Positions 16,598-26,268 of a DNA stretch of 32,000 bases are shown in pieces. The position numbers and the translations under genes were made by a program. Position 1 is the stretch's first letter, and each line of letters starts with the position of its first letter. The DNA is from Candidatus Woesearchaeota archaeon (GTDB lineage: Archaea; Nanobdellota; Nanobdellia; Nanobdellales; CAZNIQ01), in contig CAZNIQ010000003.1 of NCBI GenBank assembly GCA_964573185.1, forward strand, positions 4,595 through 36,594, in the 5' to 3' direction. The notes under the pieces were generated by a model. The model was not told the DNA's origin, ran no database searches, and was given only the letters and a program-made list of their open reading frames with translations.

Positions 16598-16617
16598 TTA
16601 CTACTAGTTAGTAGTAA
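16598..16617. promoter_or_regulatory. 9-2-9 palindrome abutting the start codon of ORF 16619 (candidate operator)
   Basis: TTACTACTA-GT-TAGTAGTAA ends 1 nt before the ATG at 16619. It lies downstream of an A/T-rich TATA-like stretch at 16579-16599. Confidence 0.35.
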
Positions 16618-16618
16618 T

Positions 16619-17722
16619 ATGGAAAAATTAGAAAATACTCTTCAAAGGATGGGTTACCAAGTGATAGTTACACAGCGAGCAGGAAAGCATATAAAAGTAC
16701 CCGGACTACCAGAATTAAAAGAACAAGAGGTTATAAAGCTTTATTATAGATTAGAAAATATTGAGGACATAGAAGACGTTGAAGAAAAGCTACCTATTGT
16801 ATCCAAAAGAATTCTAGAAATGATAAATAGGTTAAAACCTTTAATTGACAGTGGCAAAATTAGAGTTAAATATGATGAAAAGGGGAGGTTGCTATCAAAA
16901 ATTAATCTCCTCTTCGCTATATATGTGCCGGGATACCACTTTGTAGTTTACGTTCCTTATGATATAAACATTCTTAAAGAAACTCTGAAAAGGACGATTG
17001 ATGCTCCTTACAGTAAATTGGTAATTAAGTTAGGAAAAACTTTAAAGCATCAAAGAATACCCTTAAAAGAAGAAGATCTAGAAGCAATTATAGATTTAGC
17101 TTTAAATGAGATCAAAAGAGAATTGTCTTCTTTAAAAGAAAACTATAACTATTACAAAAGGTATGTAAACAATATAGAAAGATCTCCAGATTACAAAACG
17201 GAACTAATAAAAATAGCGATAAGAAAAGTGGGAGCTAGTTTAAATAAAGGAAGAGCCTTAGAGTTTGGTAGGCTAGAAGGAGGTAGAGTTTGTTTTACTG
17301 AGGATAATATTTGTGTAGAGCTTTCTAAAAAGGATTATGAACTTGCAAAGAAAAGAGTAAAACAGAATCTTGAAAAGGAGCTTCAAGATATATCTAATAA
17401 AATTACTATATTAGAAAAGTATTATAAAAGGGTAACAACCCTCCTTGCTCAAAGAAAATATTTGGATGCTCTAAGAATGTTAAAAGAGTTATATCAAAGA
17501 TTCTCCTATTTAGGATACTCCCGCTATATAGAATCTATAAAAATAGAGGGTAACAATGCGTACGTAACAAATGAAAAATATGAAGATGTACCAGATTCCT
17601 TAATTGACACCATTTCTATTACAAAGAAAATTTCAGATAGAATTTATATAAGTTACATTCCTTCTAAAGAAGAATGGGCCAAGAAAATAGAAAAATTGTG
17701 TAAAGAGCAATTAAATCTTTAG
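16619..17722 (+). CDS. Hypothetical protein (367 aa), Lys/Glu-rich with predicted coiled-coil segments
   Basis: A long ATG-initiated ORF with no recognised domain. It sits between the dif-like palindrome and xerA. Confidence 0.6.
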   Translation: MEKLENTLQRMGYQVIVTQRAGKHIKVPGLPELKEQEVIKLYYRLENIEDIEDVEEKLPIVSKRILEMINRLKPLIDSGKIRVKYDEKGRLLSKINLLFAIYVPGYHFVVYVPYDINILKETLKRTIDAPYSKLVIKLGKTLKHQRIPLKEEDLEAIIDLALNEIKRELSSLKENYNYYKRYVNNIERSPDYKTELIKIAIRKVGASLNKGRALEFGRLEGGRVCFTEDNICVELSKKDYELAKKRVKQNLEKELQDISNKITILEKYYKRVTTLLAQRKYLDALRMLKELYQRFSYLGYSRYIESIKIEGNNAYVTNEKYEDVPDSLIDTISITKKISDRIYISYIPSKEEWAKKIEKLCKEQLNL

Positions 17723-17792
17723 TATTTTTTGACCGTTTTTGTCCTATTAAAAAGCAAAATTAAAGAAATCTGAAAGTATAAAAAATATATTA

Positions 17793-18605
17793 ATGTTAGA
17801 AGAATTTGCTACTTATTTAGAACTTCAAGGTAGATCTAAGAATACAATAAGAACTTATTGTTGGATAGTTGAAAATTTCTTAAAATATATAAATAAAGAT
17901 CCTTATGCGATTTCTAAAGAAGATATCTTTAGATATCTAGCATACCTTAAGAAAAAATGGAATTATGATTCGAATAGCATAAGATTGGTAGTTATTGCCT
18001 TAAAACAATTTTTTAAATTTATAGGGAGAGAGGACCTATTAATTTATTTGAAATCTCCAAAGATAGATAAAAGGTTACCGAAATTCATTACATATGAAGA
18101 GTTCTTGCGTTTAGTAGGAGCTTGCGATAATCCAAGAGATAAACTTATGATAAAGTTCCTTTTTTATACTGGTGTAAGAGTTTCCGAACTAGTAAATCTT
18201 AAAATAGATGATATTCTCTGGGAAGAAGGATTTGTAAAGGTAAAAGGAAAAGGAGGGAAAGAAAGAATAATACCCCTTCCAGAATCTCTATTAAAAGAAT
18301 TAAAGGAATACGTTGAAACAAGAAAAATTAAGTCCGAATATCTTTTTCCTTCTAAAAGAGGTAGTAAACTCAGTACAAGGCAGGTACAAAGAATTATTAA
18401 CAAAGCTAGGATAAAAGCTGGGATTCGAAAAAAGGTGACACCTCATATTCTAAGACACTCTTTAGCAACTTTTTTATTATCAAAAGGCGTAGATATAAGA
18501 ATTATTCAGGAAATACTTGGACATTCTTCTTTAAGTGTAACGCAAATATATACACACGTAGTACCAAAGCAGCTTAAGGAGATATATAAAAAGGTTTTCG
18601 AATGA
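17793..18605 (+). CDS. xerA: Tyrosine recombinase XerA (XerC/D family)
   Basis: 270 aa. The N-terminal core-binding domain starts EEFATYLELQGRSKNTIRTY. Catalytic residues are present in YTGVRVSEL (R), KGKGGKERIIPL (K), HILRHSLAT (H-x-x-R) and GHSSLSVTQIYTHV (H...Y). Confidence 0.9.
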   Translation: MLEEFATYLELQGRSKNTIRTYCWIVENFLKYINKDPYAISKEDIFRYLAYLKKKWNYDSNSIRLVVIALKQFFKFIGREDLLIYLKSPKIDKRLPKFITYEEFLRLVGACDNPRDKLMIKFLFYTGVRVSELVNLKIDDILWEEGFVKVKGKGGKERIIPLPESLLKELKEYVETRKIKSEYLFPSKRGSKLSTRQVQRIINKARIKAGIRKKVTPHILRHSLATFLLSKGVDIRIIQEILGHSSLSVTQIYTHVVPKQLKEIYKKVFE

Positions 18606-18617
18606 CTTTAAAAATTT
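18606..18617 (+). promoter_or_regulatory. Putative TATA box for the rpoH-led RNA polymerase operon
   Basis: ctttaaaaattt is centred about 24-25 nt upstream of the rpoH ATG at 18636. Confidence 0.4.
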
Positions 18618-18635
18618 AACCTTAAACAGGTACTA

Positions 18636-18875
18636 ATGCCTAAAAAGGTTGATATCACTAAGCACATTTTAGTTCCAAAACATGAAAAACTTTCTGAAGA
18701 AGAGGCTAAGAAATTATTAGAACAACTTGGCATTTCAAAATTACAATTGCCCAGAATAAAAAAGAATGATCCAGCGATAAAACACTTAAATCCTAAACCA
18801 GGAGATATTATTAAAATTATTAGAAAGAGTCCTACGGGTGGGGAGTATGTTTATTATAGAGTTGTTGTAGAATGA
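18636..18875 (+). CDS. rpoH: DNA-directed RNA polymerase subunit H (Rpo5)
   Basis: 79 aa with [19 protein letters not shown]...[12 protein letters not shown]...[23 protein letters not shown]. Confidence 0.95.
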   Translation: MPKKVDITKHILVPKHEKLSEEEAKKLLEQLGISKLQLPRIKKNDPAIKHLNPKPGDIIKIIRKSPTGGEYVYYRVVVE

Positions 18876-20359
18876 AGCCATACAGAATTCTTACAAAGGC
18901 ATACTATAGAGAATACTCTCCAGTAAGATCTCAAATAGAGTCATTTAATTATTTCGTAGAGTACGAAATGCAAAAGATTATTGATGAAATAGGAGAGGTA
19001 GAAATGACAATAACGCCACCAGGAGTTAAAGAAGTTAAAGTAAAATTTGGCAAAGTATCTATAGGAAAACCAGATGTTGTAGAGCCAGATGGGATAAGAA
19101 GAATAATTTATCCTCAAGAAGCAAGGATTAGGAATCTAACATACTCCTCTTCAGTTTATCTTGAATACGAAATGTACTATGATGATAACCTGAGAGAGAA
19201 AGGGATTGTAGAAATAGGGAGGATTCCTATTATGGTTAGATCGAAGTATTGTAATCTTTATGGTTTATCTGAAGAAGAATTAATCAAATTAGGTGAGGAT
19301 CCTACAGATCCAGGTGGTTACTTTATAATCAATGGTACTGAAAGAGTTGTCGTAATGACAGAAGAGTTATTTACAAATAGGTTATATGTTGAGGAAGAGA
19401 AATCGGGTTCTGCAAAATACGTTGGAAGAATCTTTTCTGAAGCAGGTATCCTAAACGTTCCGCATAAAATAGAATTAATGAAAGATGGTTTATTCATGAT
19501 TTCATTTGGAAAAATAAAAAGAACGCCTGTTTTCGTTATCTTAAAGGCCTTAGGAATGGAAACCGACCAAGAAATAGCCCAAGCAATAGATCCTGAGAGA
19601 CTCTGGGATGAGGTTTTAGTAAATCTATATGAATATCAAGAAATAAAAAATGCTGATGAAGCAGTAAAGTGGTTAGCAAATCATTGGCACATTCCTGGAC
19701 CTGAAGAATTAAGAAAGGAGAGAGTATATGAAATTTTAGATAAATATTTATTGCCACATATAGGACAATCTCCTGCAGATAGATATGCAAAAGCTTGGAA
19801 TCTCTGTAAATATATAAAGAAGATGTTATTAGTAGCTTATGGTGAATTGCCAGAAGATGATAAGGATCATTATATGAATAAACAAATAAGATTAGCAGGT
19901 GATTTGCTTTCAGAGATGTTTAGAGTAGTATTTAAACTTTTGATAAATGATGCAAAATACCAATATGAAAGATTAGTAAAGAGAGGAAAAATTCCAACTT
20001 TCCGATCTGTCATAAGATCAAAAATATTTACGGAAAGATTTGAAACTGCAATGGGTACTGGACAATGGACAAGAAAAAGAGTAGGTGTTTCTCAAATGCT
20101 TGATAGAATGAATAAACTTGCTACGATATCTCATCTAACAAGAATTTGGTCTCCTTTAGAGGCAGAAGGAGAAATGTATGAAATACGTATGCTTCACGGT
20201 ACTCATTGGGGAAGACTTTGTCCTATAGAAACTCCAGAAGGAAAGAACGTAGGTTTAAGAAAGAATCTAGCTTTATTAGCAAGAATTTCACCTGAGGTTC
20301 CTGAAGCGGAAGTTTTAAATAAGTTAAAGGAACTCGGATTAGAACCTTACAAAAAATGA
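18872..20359 (+). CDS. rpoB2: DNA-directed RNA polymerase subunit B'' (N-terminal half of split subunit B)
   Basis: 495 aa. It has conserved Rpb2 N-terminal blocks ([21 protein letters not shown]). It ends with an ATGA overlap into B'. Confidence 0.95.
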   Translation: MKPYRILTKAYYREYSPVRSQIESFNYFVEYEMQKIIDEIGEVEMTITPPGVKEVKVKFGKVSIGKPDVVEPDGIRRIIYPQEARIRNLTYSSSVYLEYEMYYDDNLREKGIVEIGRIPIMVRSKYCNLYGLSEEELIKLGEDPTDPGGYFIINGTERVVVMTEELFTNRLYVEEEKSGSAKYVGRIFSEAGILNVPHKIELMKDGLFMISFGKIKRTPVFVILKALGMETDQEIAQAIDPERLWDEVLVNLYEYQEIKNADEAVKWLANHWHIPGPEELRKERVYEILDKYLLPHIGQSPADRYAKAWNLCKYIKKMLLVAYGELPEDDKDHYMNKQIRLAGDLLSEMFRVVFKLLINDAKYQYERLVKRGKIPTFRSVIRSKIFTERFETAMGTGQWTRKRVGVSQMLDRMNKLATISHLTRIWSPLEAEGEMYEIRMLHGTHWGRLCPIETPEGKNVGLRKNLALLARISPEVPEAEVLNKLKELGLEPYKK

Positions 20360-22170
20360 AGGCGGAAGTTTACTTAAATGATAAATTTGTAGGCTATGTA
20401 GAAAATCCAGAGCAGTTCGTAAGAGCTATTAGGGAAGCTAGAAGGAGGGGCCAATTACCTCCAACAGTAAATGTATATTATGATGAAGAGTCCAATAGAG
20501 TATTCGTTTATTGTAATAAAGGAAGATTATTAAGACCATTGATTGTTGTTGAAAATGGAAAACCTAAGTTAACAAAGGAACATCTTGAGAAATTAGTAAA
20601 AGGAGAATTAACTTGGGAAGATCTTGAAAAGCAAGGAATAATAGAGTGGTTGGATCCTGCTGAAGAAGAAAATGTTTATGTTGCTTTAGACGAGAAAGAA
20701 TTAACACCGGAACATACCCATTTAGAGATTGGTCCTCAAACTTTCTTTAGCATAGTTACTTCTTTAGCTCCATATGCGAATTATAATCAGACTGTAAGAT
20801 TAAACAGAGGAATAAGACCTCAAAAACAAGCGTTATCTATCTACACATATAATTTCTTATTACGTTTTGATTCAGATGTATCTATTTTGTATTATCCACA
20901 GGAACCATTAGTAAGAACTTTCACTCATGAGATTTTCAGAGATTATGATATCATTGGTCAAAATGTTGTAGTTGCTGTAATGGTTGGTCACGGATATAAC
21001 ATGGAAGATGCTTTAGTATTTAATAAAGGTTCTATAGATAGAGGTCTATTCAGAGGAGTATTCTTTAGACCTTATGAAGCTGAAGAATTAAAGTATCCTG
21101 GTGGTCTAAAAGATGAAATCAGAATTCCAGATCCAGATGTTAGGAATTATAAGGGTTCTGAAGCTTATAGGAATTTAGAAGAGGATGGAATAGTTTATCC
21201 GGAAGCAGAAGTAAAAGGAAAAGATGTTTTAGTTGGAAGAGTTTCTCCACCTAGATTTACAGAGATAGCAGCTTTTGAAACATTGACAGTTACAGGCTTA
21301 ACCTTAAGAGATACATCCGTTACTGTGAGATCTGAAGAAAAGGGTATTGTTGATGCAGTGTTTATAACTGAAACAAAAGAAGGAAACAAATTAGTAAAAG
21401 TTAGAGTTAGAGATTTAAGAATTCCAGAGTTAGGTGATAAATTCTGTACAAGATCTGGACAGAAAGGAGTAATAGGTTTAATCTTACCAGAGTCAGATAT
21501 GCCTTTTACAGCTTCTGGAGTTAAACCAGATATAATATTTAACCCAATGGGATTGCCTTCAAGACAGACTGTTGGTTATCTATTAGAAGCTTTAGCTGGA
21601 AAAGTAGGAGCATACTCTGGAAGATACATTGACGGTACTCCATGGGATGAAGAGCCGGAAGAAGCATTGAGAAAAGAATTATTAAAATTAGGTTTTAGAG
21701 AAGATGGAACTGAAACTATGTATGATCCTATATCTGGTGAAGAATTCAAAGTGAAAATATTCGTTGGAAACATCTATTATATGAGATTGAAACATATGGC
21801 TGCAAATAAGTTGCATGCAAGAGCTAGAGGTCCATATACTTTGCTAACAAGACAGCCTACTGAAGGTAAAGCAAAAGAAGGAGGTTTGAGGTTAGGAGAA
21901 ATGGAAAAGGATGTTATATTAGCTTATGGAGCACCAATACTATTAAAGGAGAGATTTTCTTCTGATAAAACTATAATTTATGTTTGTGAAAAATGTGGTG
22001 CAATGGCTATTGATGATACTATTAGAAAAAGAAAATACTGTCCTGTATGTGGAGAAACTGAAAGAATAAAGCCCGTAGAGGTTTCTTATGCATTTAAGTT
22101 ATTCCTAGACGAACTGATCTCTTTGGGCATCTGGCCAAGGTTAAGGGTTAAACCGAAGTACGAAGAATAA
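20356..22170 (+). CDS. rpoB1: DNA-directed RNA polymerase subunit B' (C-terminal half of split subunit B)
   Basis: 604 aa with GYNMEDA, GDKFCTRSGQKG, LRLGEMEKD and the C-terminal Zn ribbon CEKCG...CPVCG. Confidence 0.95.
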   Translation: MKAEVYLNDKFVGYVENPEQFVRAIREARRRGQLPPTVNVYYDEESNRVFVYCNKGRLLRPLIVVENGKPKLTKEHLEKLVKGELTWEDLEKQGIIEWLDPAEEENVYVALDEKELTPEHTHLEIGPQTFFSIVTSLAPYANYNQTVRLNRGIRPQKQALSIYTYNFLLRFDSDVSILYYPQEPLVRTFTHEIFRDYDIIGQNVVVAVMVGHGYNMEDALVFNKGSIDRGLFRGVFFRPYEAEELKYPGGLKDEIRIPDPDVRNYKGSEAYRNLEEDGIVYPEAEVKGKDVLVGRVSPPRFTEIAAFETLTVTGLTLRDTSVTVRSEEKGIVDAVFITETKEGNKLVKVRVRDLRIPELGDKFCTRSGQKGVIGLILPESDMPFTASGVKPDIIFNPMGLPSRQTVGYLLEALAGKVGAYSGRYIDGTPWDEEPEEALRKELLKLGFREDGTETMYDPISGEEFKVKIFVGNIYYMRLKHMAANKLHARARGPYTLLTRQPTEGKAKEGGLRLGEMEKDVILAYGAPILLKERFSSDKTIIYVCEKCGAMAIDDTIRKRKYCPVCGETERIKPVEVSYAFKLFLDELISLGIWPRLRVKPKYEE

Positions 22171-22199
22171 ATTTAAACTTTACTTTTTAAACTTTCATA

Positions 22200-24815
22200 A
22201 TGACCACTCCTTTTAAGCTTTCTGAAATTACCTTTAGATTGGTAGATCCTGAAACAATAAGAAATTTTGCTGTAGTTAAGATTGTAACTCCAGAACTTTA
22301 TGATAAAGATGGATTTCCAGTAGAAGGGGGCTTGATGGATCCCAGAATGGGTGTTATAGATCCAGGATTAAGATGTAGGACTTGTGGTAAAAGATTTGGA
22401 GAGTGTCCCGGACATTTTGGATATATAGAATTAGCAAGACCTGTAATACACGTTTTGTATGCTGAATTAATTTATGATATCTTAAGAATAGTTTGTCATA
22501 ATTGTGGAAGGATAAAATTACCTGAAGAAAAAATAAAAAGATACCTCAAAAGATTTGAATATTTAAAGAAAGTATACGGTCCAGTTACGGCTTTTCAACA
22601 GTTAAGAAAGAAATTGTTAGAAGAAACAAAGAACGTTACAAAGTGTCCTCATTGTGGATACGAAAATCCAAAAGTAGAATTCCAAAAACCATATAAATTC
22701 TTTATTTATGAAAAAGAAGGAAAGAGAAGATTAACTCCCATTGAAATAAGAGAAATATTAGAGAAGATACCTGATGATCATGCTAGGGCTTTAGGTTTTG
22801 GAAAAGACGTTAGACCAGAATGGATGGTATTAACTGTTTTACCAGTTCCTCCTCCAACAGTAAGACCCTCTATAATTTTGGAAACAGGAGAGAGAGCAGA
22901 AGATGATTTAACACATAAATTAGCAGATATAGTTAGAACAAATCTTAAATTGCAAGAAGCAATAGCTACGGGTGCTCCTGAAATTATAGTAGAAGACTTA
23001 TGGGATTTGTTACAATACCACGTTGCCACGTACTTTTATAATAATCTCCCAAATGTTCCAAAAGCTAGACACAGATCTGGTAGACCTTTGAAATCTCTTG
23101 TTGAAAGAATATCTGGAAAAGAGGGAAGGTTAAGATACAATCTTTTGGGTAAGAGAGTAGATTTCTCTGCAAGAGCAGTAATATCTCCTGATCCAAGAAT
23201 AGAAATAGATGAGGTAGGAGTTCCTATAGAAGTTGCAATGGAATTAACCGTTCCGGAAAGAGTTACTGAATGGAATATAGAGTGGTTAAGGAAATTGGTT
23301 TTGAATGGTCCAAATAAGTATCCTGGTGCGAATTATGTTATAAGGCCTGATGGAAAGAGGTTCAGAATTACTGATGAAAACAAAGAAATGTTAGCAAACG
23401 AACTACAACCTGGATGGATCGTTGAAAGACATCTAATGGATGGAGATATTGTACTATTCAATAGATATCCCTCTGTACACAGGATGAATATGATGGCTCA
23501 TAGAGTTAGGGTTTTACCGGGTAGGACATTTAGAATAAATCCCTTTATCTGTACTCCATATTACGCTGATTTTGATGGAGATGAAATGAATATACATGTT
23601 CCACAGACCGAAGAAGCTAGAACAGAAGCGAGATTATTGATGAATCCAAGATATCATATTGTCTCCCCAAGATATGGTTTAGCAATAGTAGGATTAATAC
23701 AGGATGCTATATCCGGATTATATCTCCTAACACAAGATGATACGAAATTGTCTTTTGATGAAGCAGCACAATTGTTATATGATGCTGGAATACCTTTGGA
23801 TAAGTTCAAAAGATTAATGGAAAAAGCTAAGAAAGAGGGAAGAGATTATTTAACTGGAAAAGAAGTATTTTCATGTGTTTTACCGGATGATCTTAACTTT
23901 GAATATGAAGCAAAAGGAATAAGATTTGTAATTGAAAATGGAATGTTAAAAGAAGGAGTTGTAACTAAAGATATTGTAGGTGCAGAAAAGGGACATTTGA
24001 TAAGATATGTTTATGAGAAGTACGGACCGGACTTTACAATCAAGTTTATACACCAATTAGGCTTACTAGGTATTGAATATCAATGGAAACATGGATTGTC
24101 TTTAAGCTTATCTGAATGGGATCTACCTAAAGAAGCTGAAGAGGAGATAAAGAGGATAAAAGAGGAAGCTAGAAAAGAAATAGAGAAGCTAATTGAGAAA
24201 TACAGAAAAGGAGAAATAACACCTATGCCAGGTAAAACCGTTAAAGAAACATTTGAAACAATGGTTTTGCAAGTATTAAATAAAGTAAGAGATGAAGTAG
24301 GAAAAATTGTTGAAAAATATCTAAAGAAAAATACAAATACGTTTATAATGTTAAAATCTGGAGCTAGAGGTAATATATTAAATATAGCGCAGATGGTTGG
24401 TGTTGTAGGACAACAAGCTTTAAGAGGACAAAGAATAGAGTTTGGATATAAAGATAGAAACTTACCAATATTTAAGAAAGGAGATCTTTCACCTGAAGCA
24501 AAAGGTTGGATAGATGTTGGATACAGACATGGATTAAGACCTTGGGAATTCTTCTTCCAGTCTATGGTAGGAAGAGATGCTTTAATGGATACTGCCGTAA
24601 GAACAGCTTATTCCGGATATCTATATAGAAGATTGGTTAACGCAACATATGATGTAAAAGTTTGGTATGATGGTACTGTTAGAGACTCATGGAACAGATT
24701 GATACAATTCTTGTACGGAGAAGATGGATTGGATGTTCAGAAAACAGAAAAAGGAAAATTAAATATTGATAGAATAATAAAGGAAGTCTTAAAAGAATAT
24801 CAACAAAAGAAATAA
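22200..24815 (+). CDS. rpoA1: DNA-directed RNA polymerase subunit A'
   Basis: 871 aa with the N-terminal Zn motif CRTCGKRFGECPGHFG and the metal-A motif YADFDGDEMN (canonical NADFDGDEMN). Confidence 0.95.
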   Translation: MTTPFKLSEITFRLVDPETIRNFAVVKIVTPELYDKDGFPVEGGLMDPRMGVIDPGLRCRTCGKRFGECPGHFGYIELARPVIHVLYAELIYDILRIVCHNCGRIKLPEEKIKRYLKRFEYLKKVYGPVTAFQQLRKKLLEETKNVTKCPHCGYENPKVEFQKPYKFFIYEKEGKRRLTPIEIREILEKIPDDHARALGFGKDVRPEWMVLTVLPVPPPTVRPSIILETGERAEDDLTHKLADIVRTNLKLQEAIATGAPEIIVEDLWDLLQYHVATYFYNNLPNVPKARHRSGRPLKSLVERISGKEGRLRYNLLGKRVDFSARAVISPDPRIEIDEVGVPIEVAMELTVPERVTEWNIEWLRKLVLNGPNKYPGANYVIRPDGKRFRITDENKEMLANELQPGWIVERHLMDGDIVLFNRYPSVHRMNMMAHRVRVLPGRTFRINPFICTPYYADFDGDEMNIHVPQTEEARTEARLLMNPRYHIVSPRYGLAIVGLIQDAISGLYLLTQDDTKLSFDEAAQLLYDAGIPLDKFKRLMEKAKKEGRDYLTGKEVFSCVLPDDLNFEYEAKGIRFVIENGMLKEGVVTKDIVGAEKGHLIRYVYEKYGPDFTIKFIHQLGLLGIEYQWKHGLSLSLSEWDLPKEAEEEIKRIKEEARKEIEKLIEKYRKGEITPMPGKTVKETFETMVLQVLNKVRDEVGKIVEKYLKKNTNTFIMLKSGARGNILNIAQMVGVVGQQALRGQRIEFGYKDRNLPIFKKGDLSPEAKGWIDVGYRHGLRPWEFFFQSMVGRDALMDTAVRTAYSGYLYRRLVNATYDVKVWYDGTVRDSWNRLIQFLYGEDGLDVQKTEKGKLNIDRIIKEVLKEYQQKK

Positions 24816-24816
24816 A

Positions 24817-25944
24817 ATGTTACCGAAATCTATACAAGAAGAATTGGAAAAGAAATTAAAGGAACTTAATGTTCCTGAAGAAGTAAAAGAAGAGATTAGA
24901 AGAAGGGTTATAGAATTATATGAAAAATCTAAGATAGAACCCGGGGAAGCTGTTGGCATAGTTGCTGCACAATCCATTGGTGAACCTTCAACACAGACAA
25001 TTCTTAGGGCTTTCCACTGGGTCGGTATGGCAGAATTCCAGGTCACTTTAGGTTTGCCAAGATTAATAGAAATCTTAGATGCAAAGAAAAAGCCCAAATT
25101 CCCAATGATGCGAATATACTTAAAGGAGCCTTATAAGAATGATCCAGAAAAAATAAAAGAAGTTGCTTTAAAGATTAAAGAGCTAAGATTAGAAGAGTTG
25201 ATGAGAGAAGTAACGATAAATCTTTTAGATAATACTATTGAAGTATATTTAGATCCAGAGAAATTAAATAAAAATAAAATAACTTTTGAGGAGGTAGTTA
25301 AAGGAATTAGGAAAAGTTTTAGATCAGGTTCTATAAAAGATTATTCAGAAAAAGAGTTAAAAATAGTTATTAAGCCTAGAAAGGAAAAACCTACATTAAA
25401 GGATTTATATCAATTAAAGCAAAAAGTAAAAGATATTGTTGTGAGAGGAATTAAAGGAATAAAAGACGTTTTACCTATTTATGATGATAAAGAAGGAGAA
25501 TATGTTATTTTAACTTATGGTACAAATCTAAAGGAAGTTTTGAAATTAGAAGAAGTTGATGAAACAAGAACTATATCTAATGATATACACGAAGTTGCGA
25601 AGGTTTTAGGAATTGAAGCTGCAAGGAACTTGATTATACAAGAAATAAAAAGAGTTTTGGAAGAACAAGGTTTAGAAGTAGATATTAGACATATAATGCT
25701 GTTTGCGGATCTTATGACTTGGTCTGGAACTGTAAAAGGAGTAACAAGATATGGTATTGTTAAGGATAAACCTTCCGTATTATCCAGAGCAGCATTCGAG
25801 ACTCCTATAAAGCATTTCTTAATAGCTTCAATAATTGAAGAAAAGGATGAGATGAAAGGAGTATTAGAAAATGTAATGGCAAATCAAATAGCACCTTTAG
25901 GAACAGGTATTGTAAAGCTTGCTTGGAAAGAAGAGAATAAATAA
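24817..25944 (+). CDS. rpoA2: DNA-directed RNA polymerase subunit A''
   Basis: 375 aa with GEAVGIVAAQSIGEPSTQ and VTLGLPRLIEILDA. Confidence 0.95.
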   Translation: MLPKSIQEELEKKLKELNVPEEVKEEIRRRVIELYEKSKIEPGEAVGIVAAQSIGEPSTQTILRAFHWVGMAEFQVTLGLPRLIEILDAKKKPKFPMMRIYLKEPYKNDPEKIKEVALKIKELRLEELMREVTINLLDNTIEVYLDPEKLNKNKITFEEVVKGIRKSFRSGSIKDYSEKELKIVIKPRKEKPTLKDLYQLKQKVKDIVVRGIKGIKDVLPIYDDKEGEYVILTYGTNLKEVLKLEEVDETRTISNDIHEVAKVLGIEAARNLIIQEIKRVLEEQGLEVDIRHIMLFADLMTWSGTVKGVTRYGIVKDKPSVLSRAAFETPIKHFLIASIIEEKDEMKGVLENVMANQIAPLGTGIVKLAWKEENK

Positions 25945-25964
25945 CTTTTCTTTTTATATTTCTC

Positions 25965-26237
25965 ATGGTCGATCAAAAATTCATTGAAGAGTTAAGAAGA
26001 TTGGTTAAGGAAAAGAAAGCAATTGTGGGATCAAATAGAACAATAAAGCTGTTGAAATTAGGAAAAATAGCAAAAGTTGTAATGGCAAGAAACGTTCCAG
26101 AAGATATTAAAAAAGACATAGAGTATTATGCTAAGCTAGCTAACGCAGAAGTGGTCCAATTAGAAGTAGATAACGTTGAATTAGGAGCCATGGTTGGAAA
26201 ACCGTTTAAAGTAACTGTTATAGGGATACCCAAATAA
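25965..26237 (+). CDS. rpl30e: 50S ribosomal protein L30e
   Basis: 90 aa of the L7Ae/L30e fold family, with DIEYYAKLANAEV...VELGAMVGKPF. It sits at the canonical position after rpoA2. Confidence 0.85.
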   Translation: MVDQKFIEELRRLVKEKKAIVGSNRTIKLLKLGKIAKVVMARNVPEDIKKDIEYYAKLANAEVVQLEVDNVELGAMVGKPFKVTVIGIPK

Positions 26238-26268
26238 TTTTTAAATAAAATTTTATATTCAATTAACA

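Noticed and set aside
17793-18605. XerA-like recombinase as the integrase of an integrated virus or plasmid
   Set aside because: The gene has no flanking direct repeats and no adjacent tRNA target (tRNA-Arg is 11 kb away). There are no viral or plasmid genes nearby, and the surrounding genes are core housekeeping. Its size and motifs fit the chromosomal XerA.
18164-25097. Minus-strand ORFs 18164-18403, 19536-19790, 21195-21389, 21576-21773, 22778-23029 and 24789-25097
   Set aside because: They are antisense shadows within xerA and the RNA polymerase subunit genes, with no conserved motifs.
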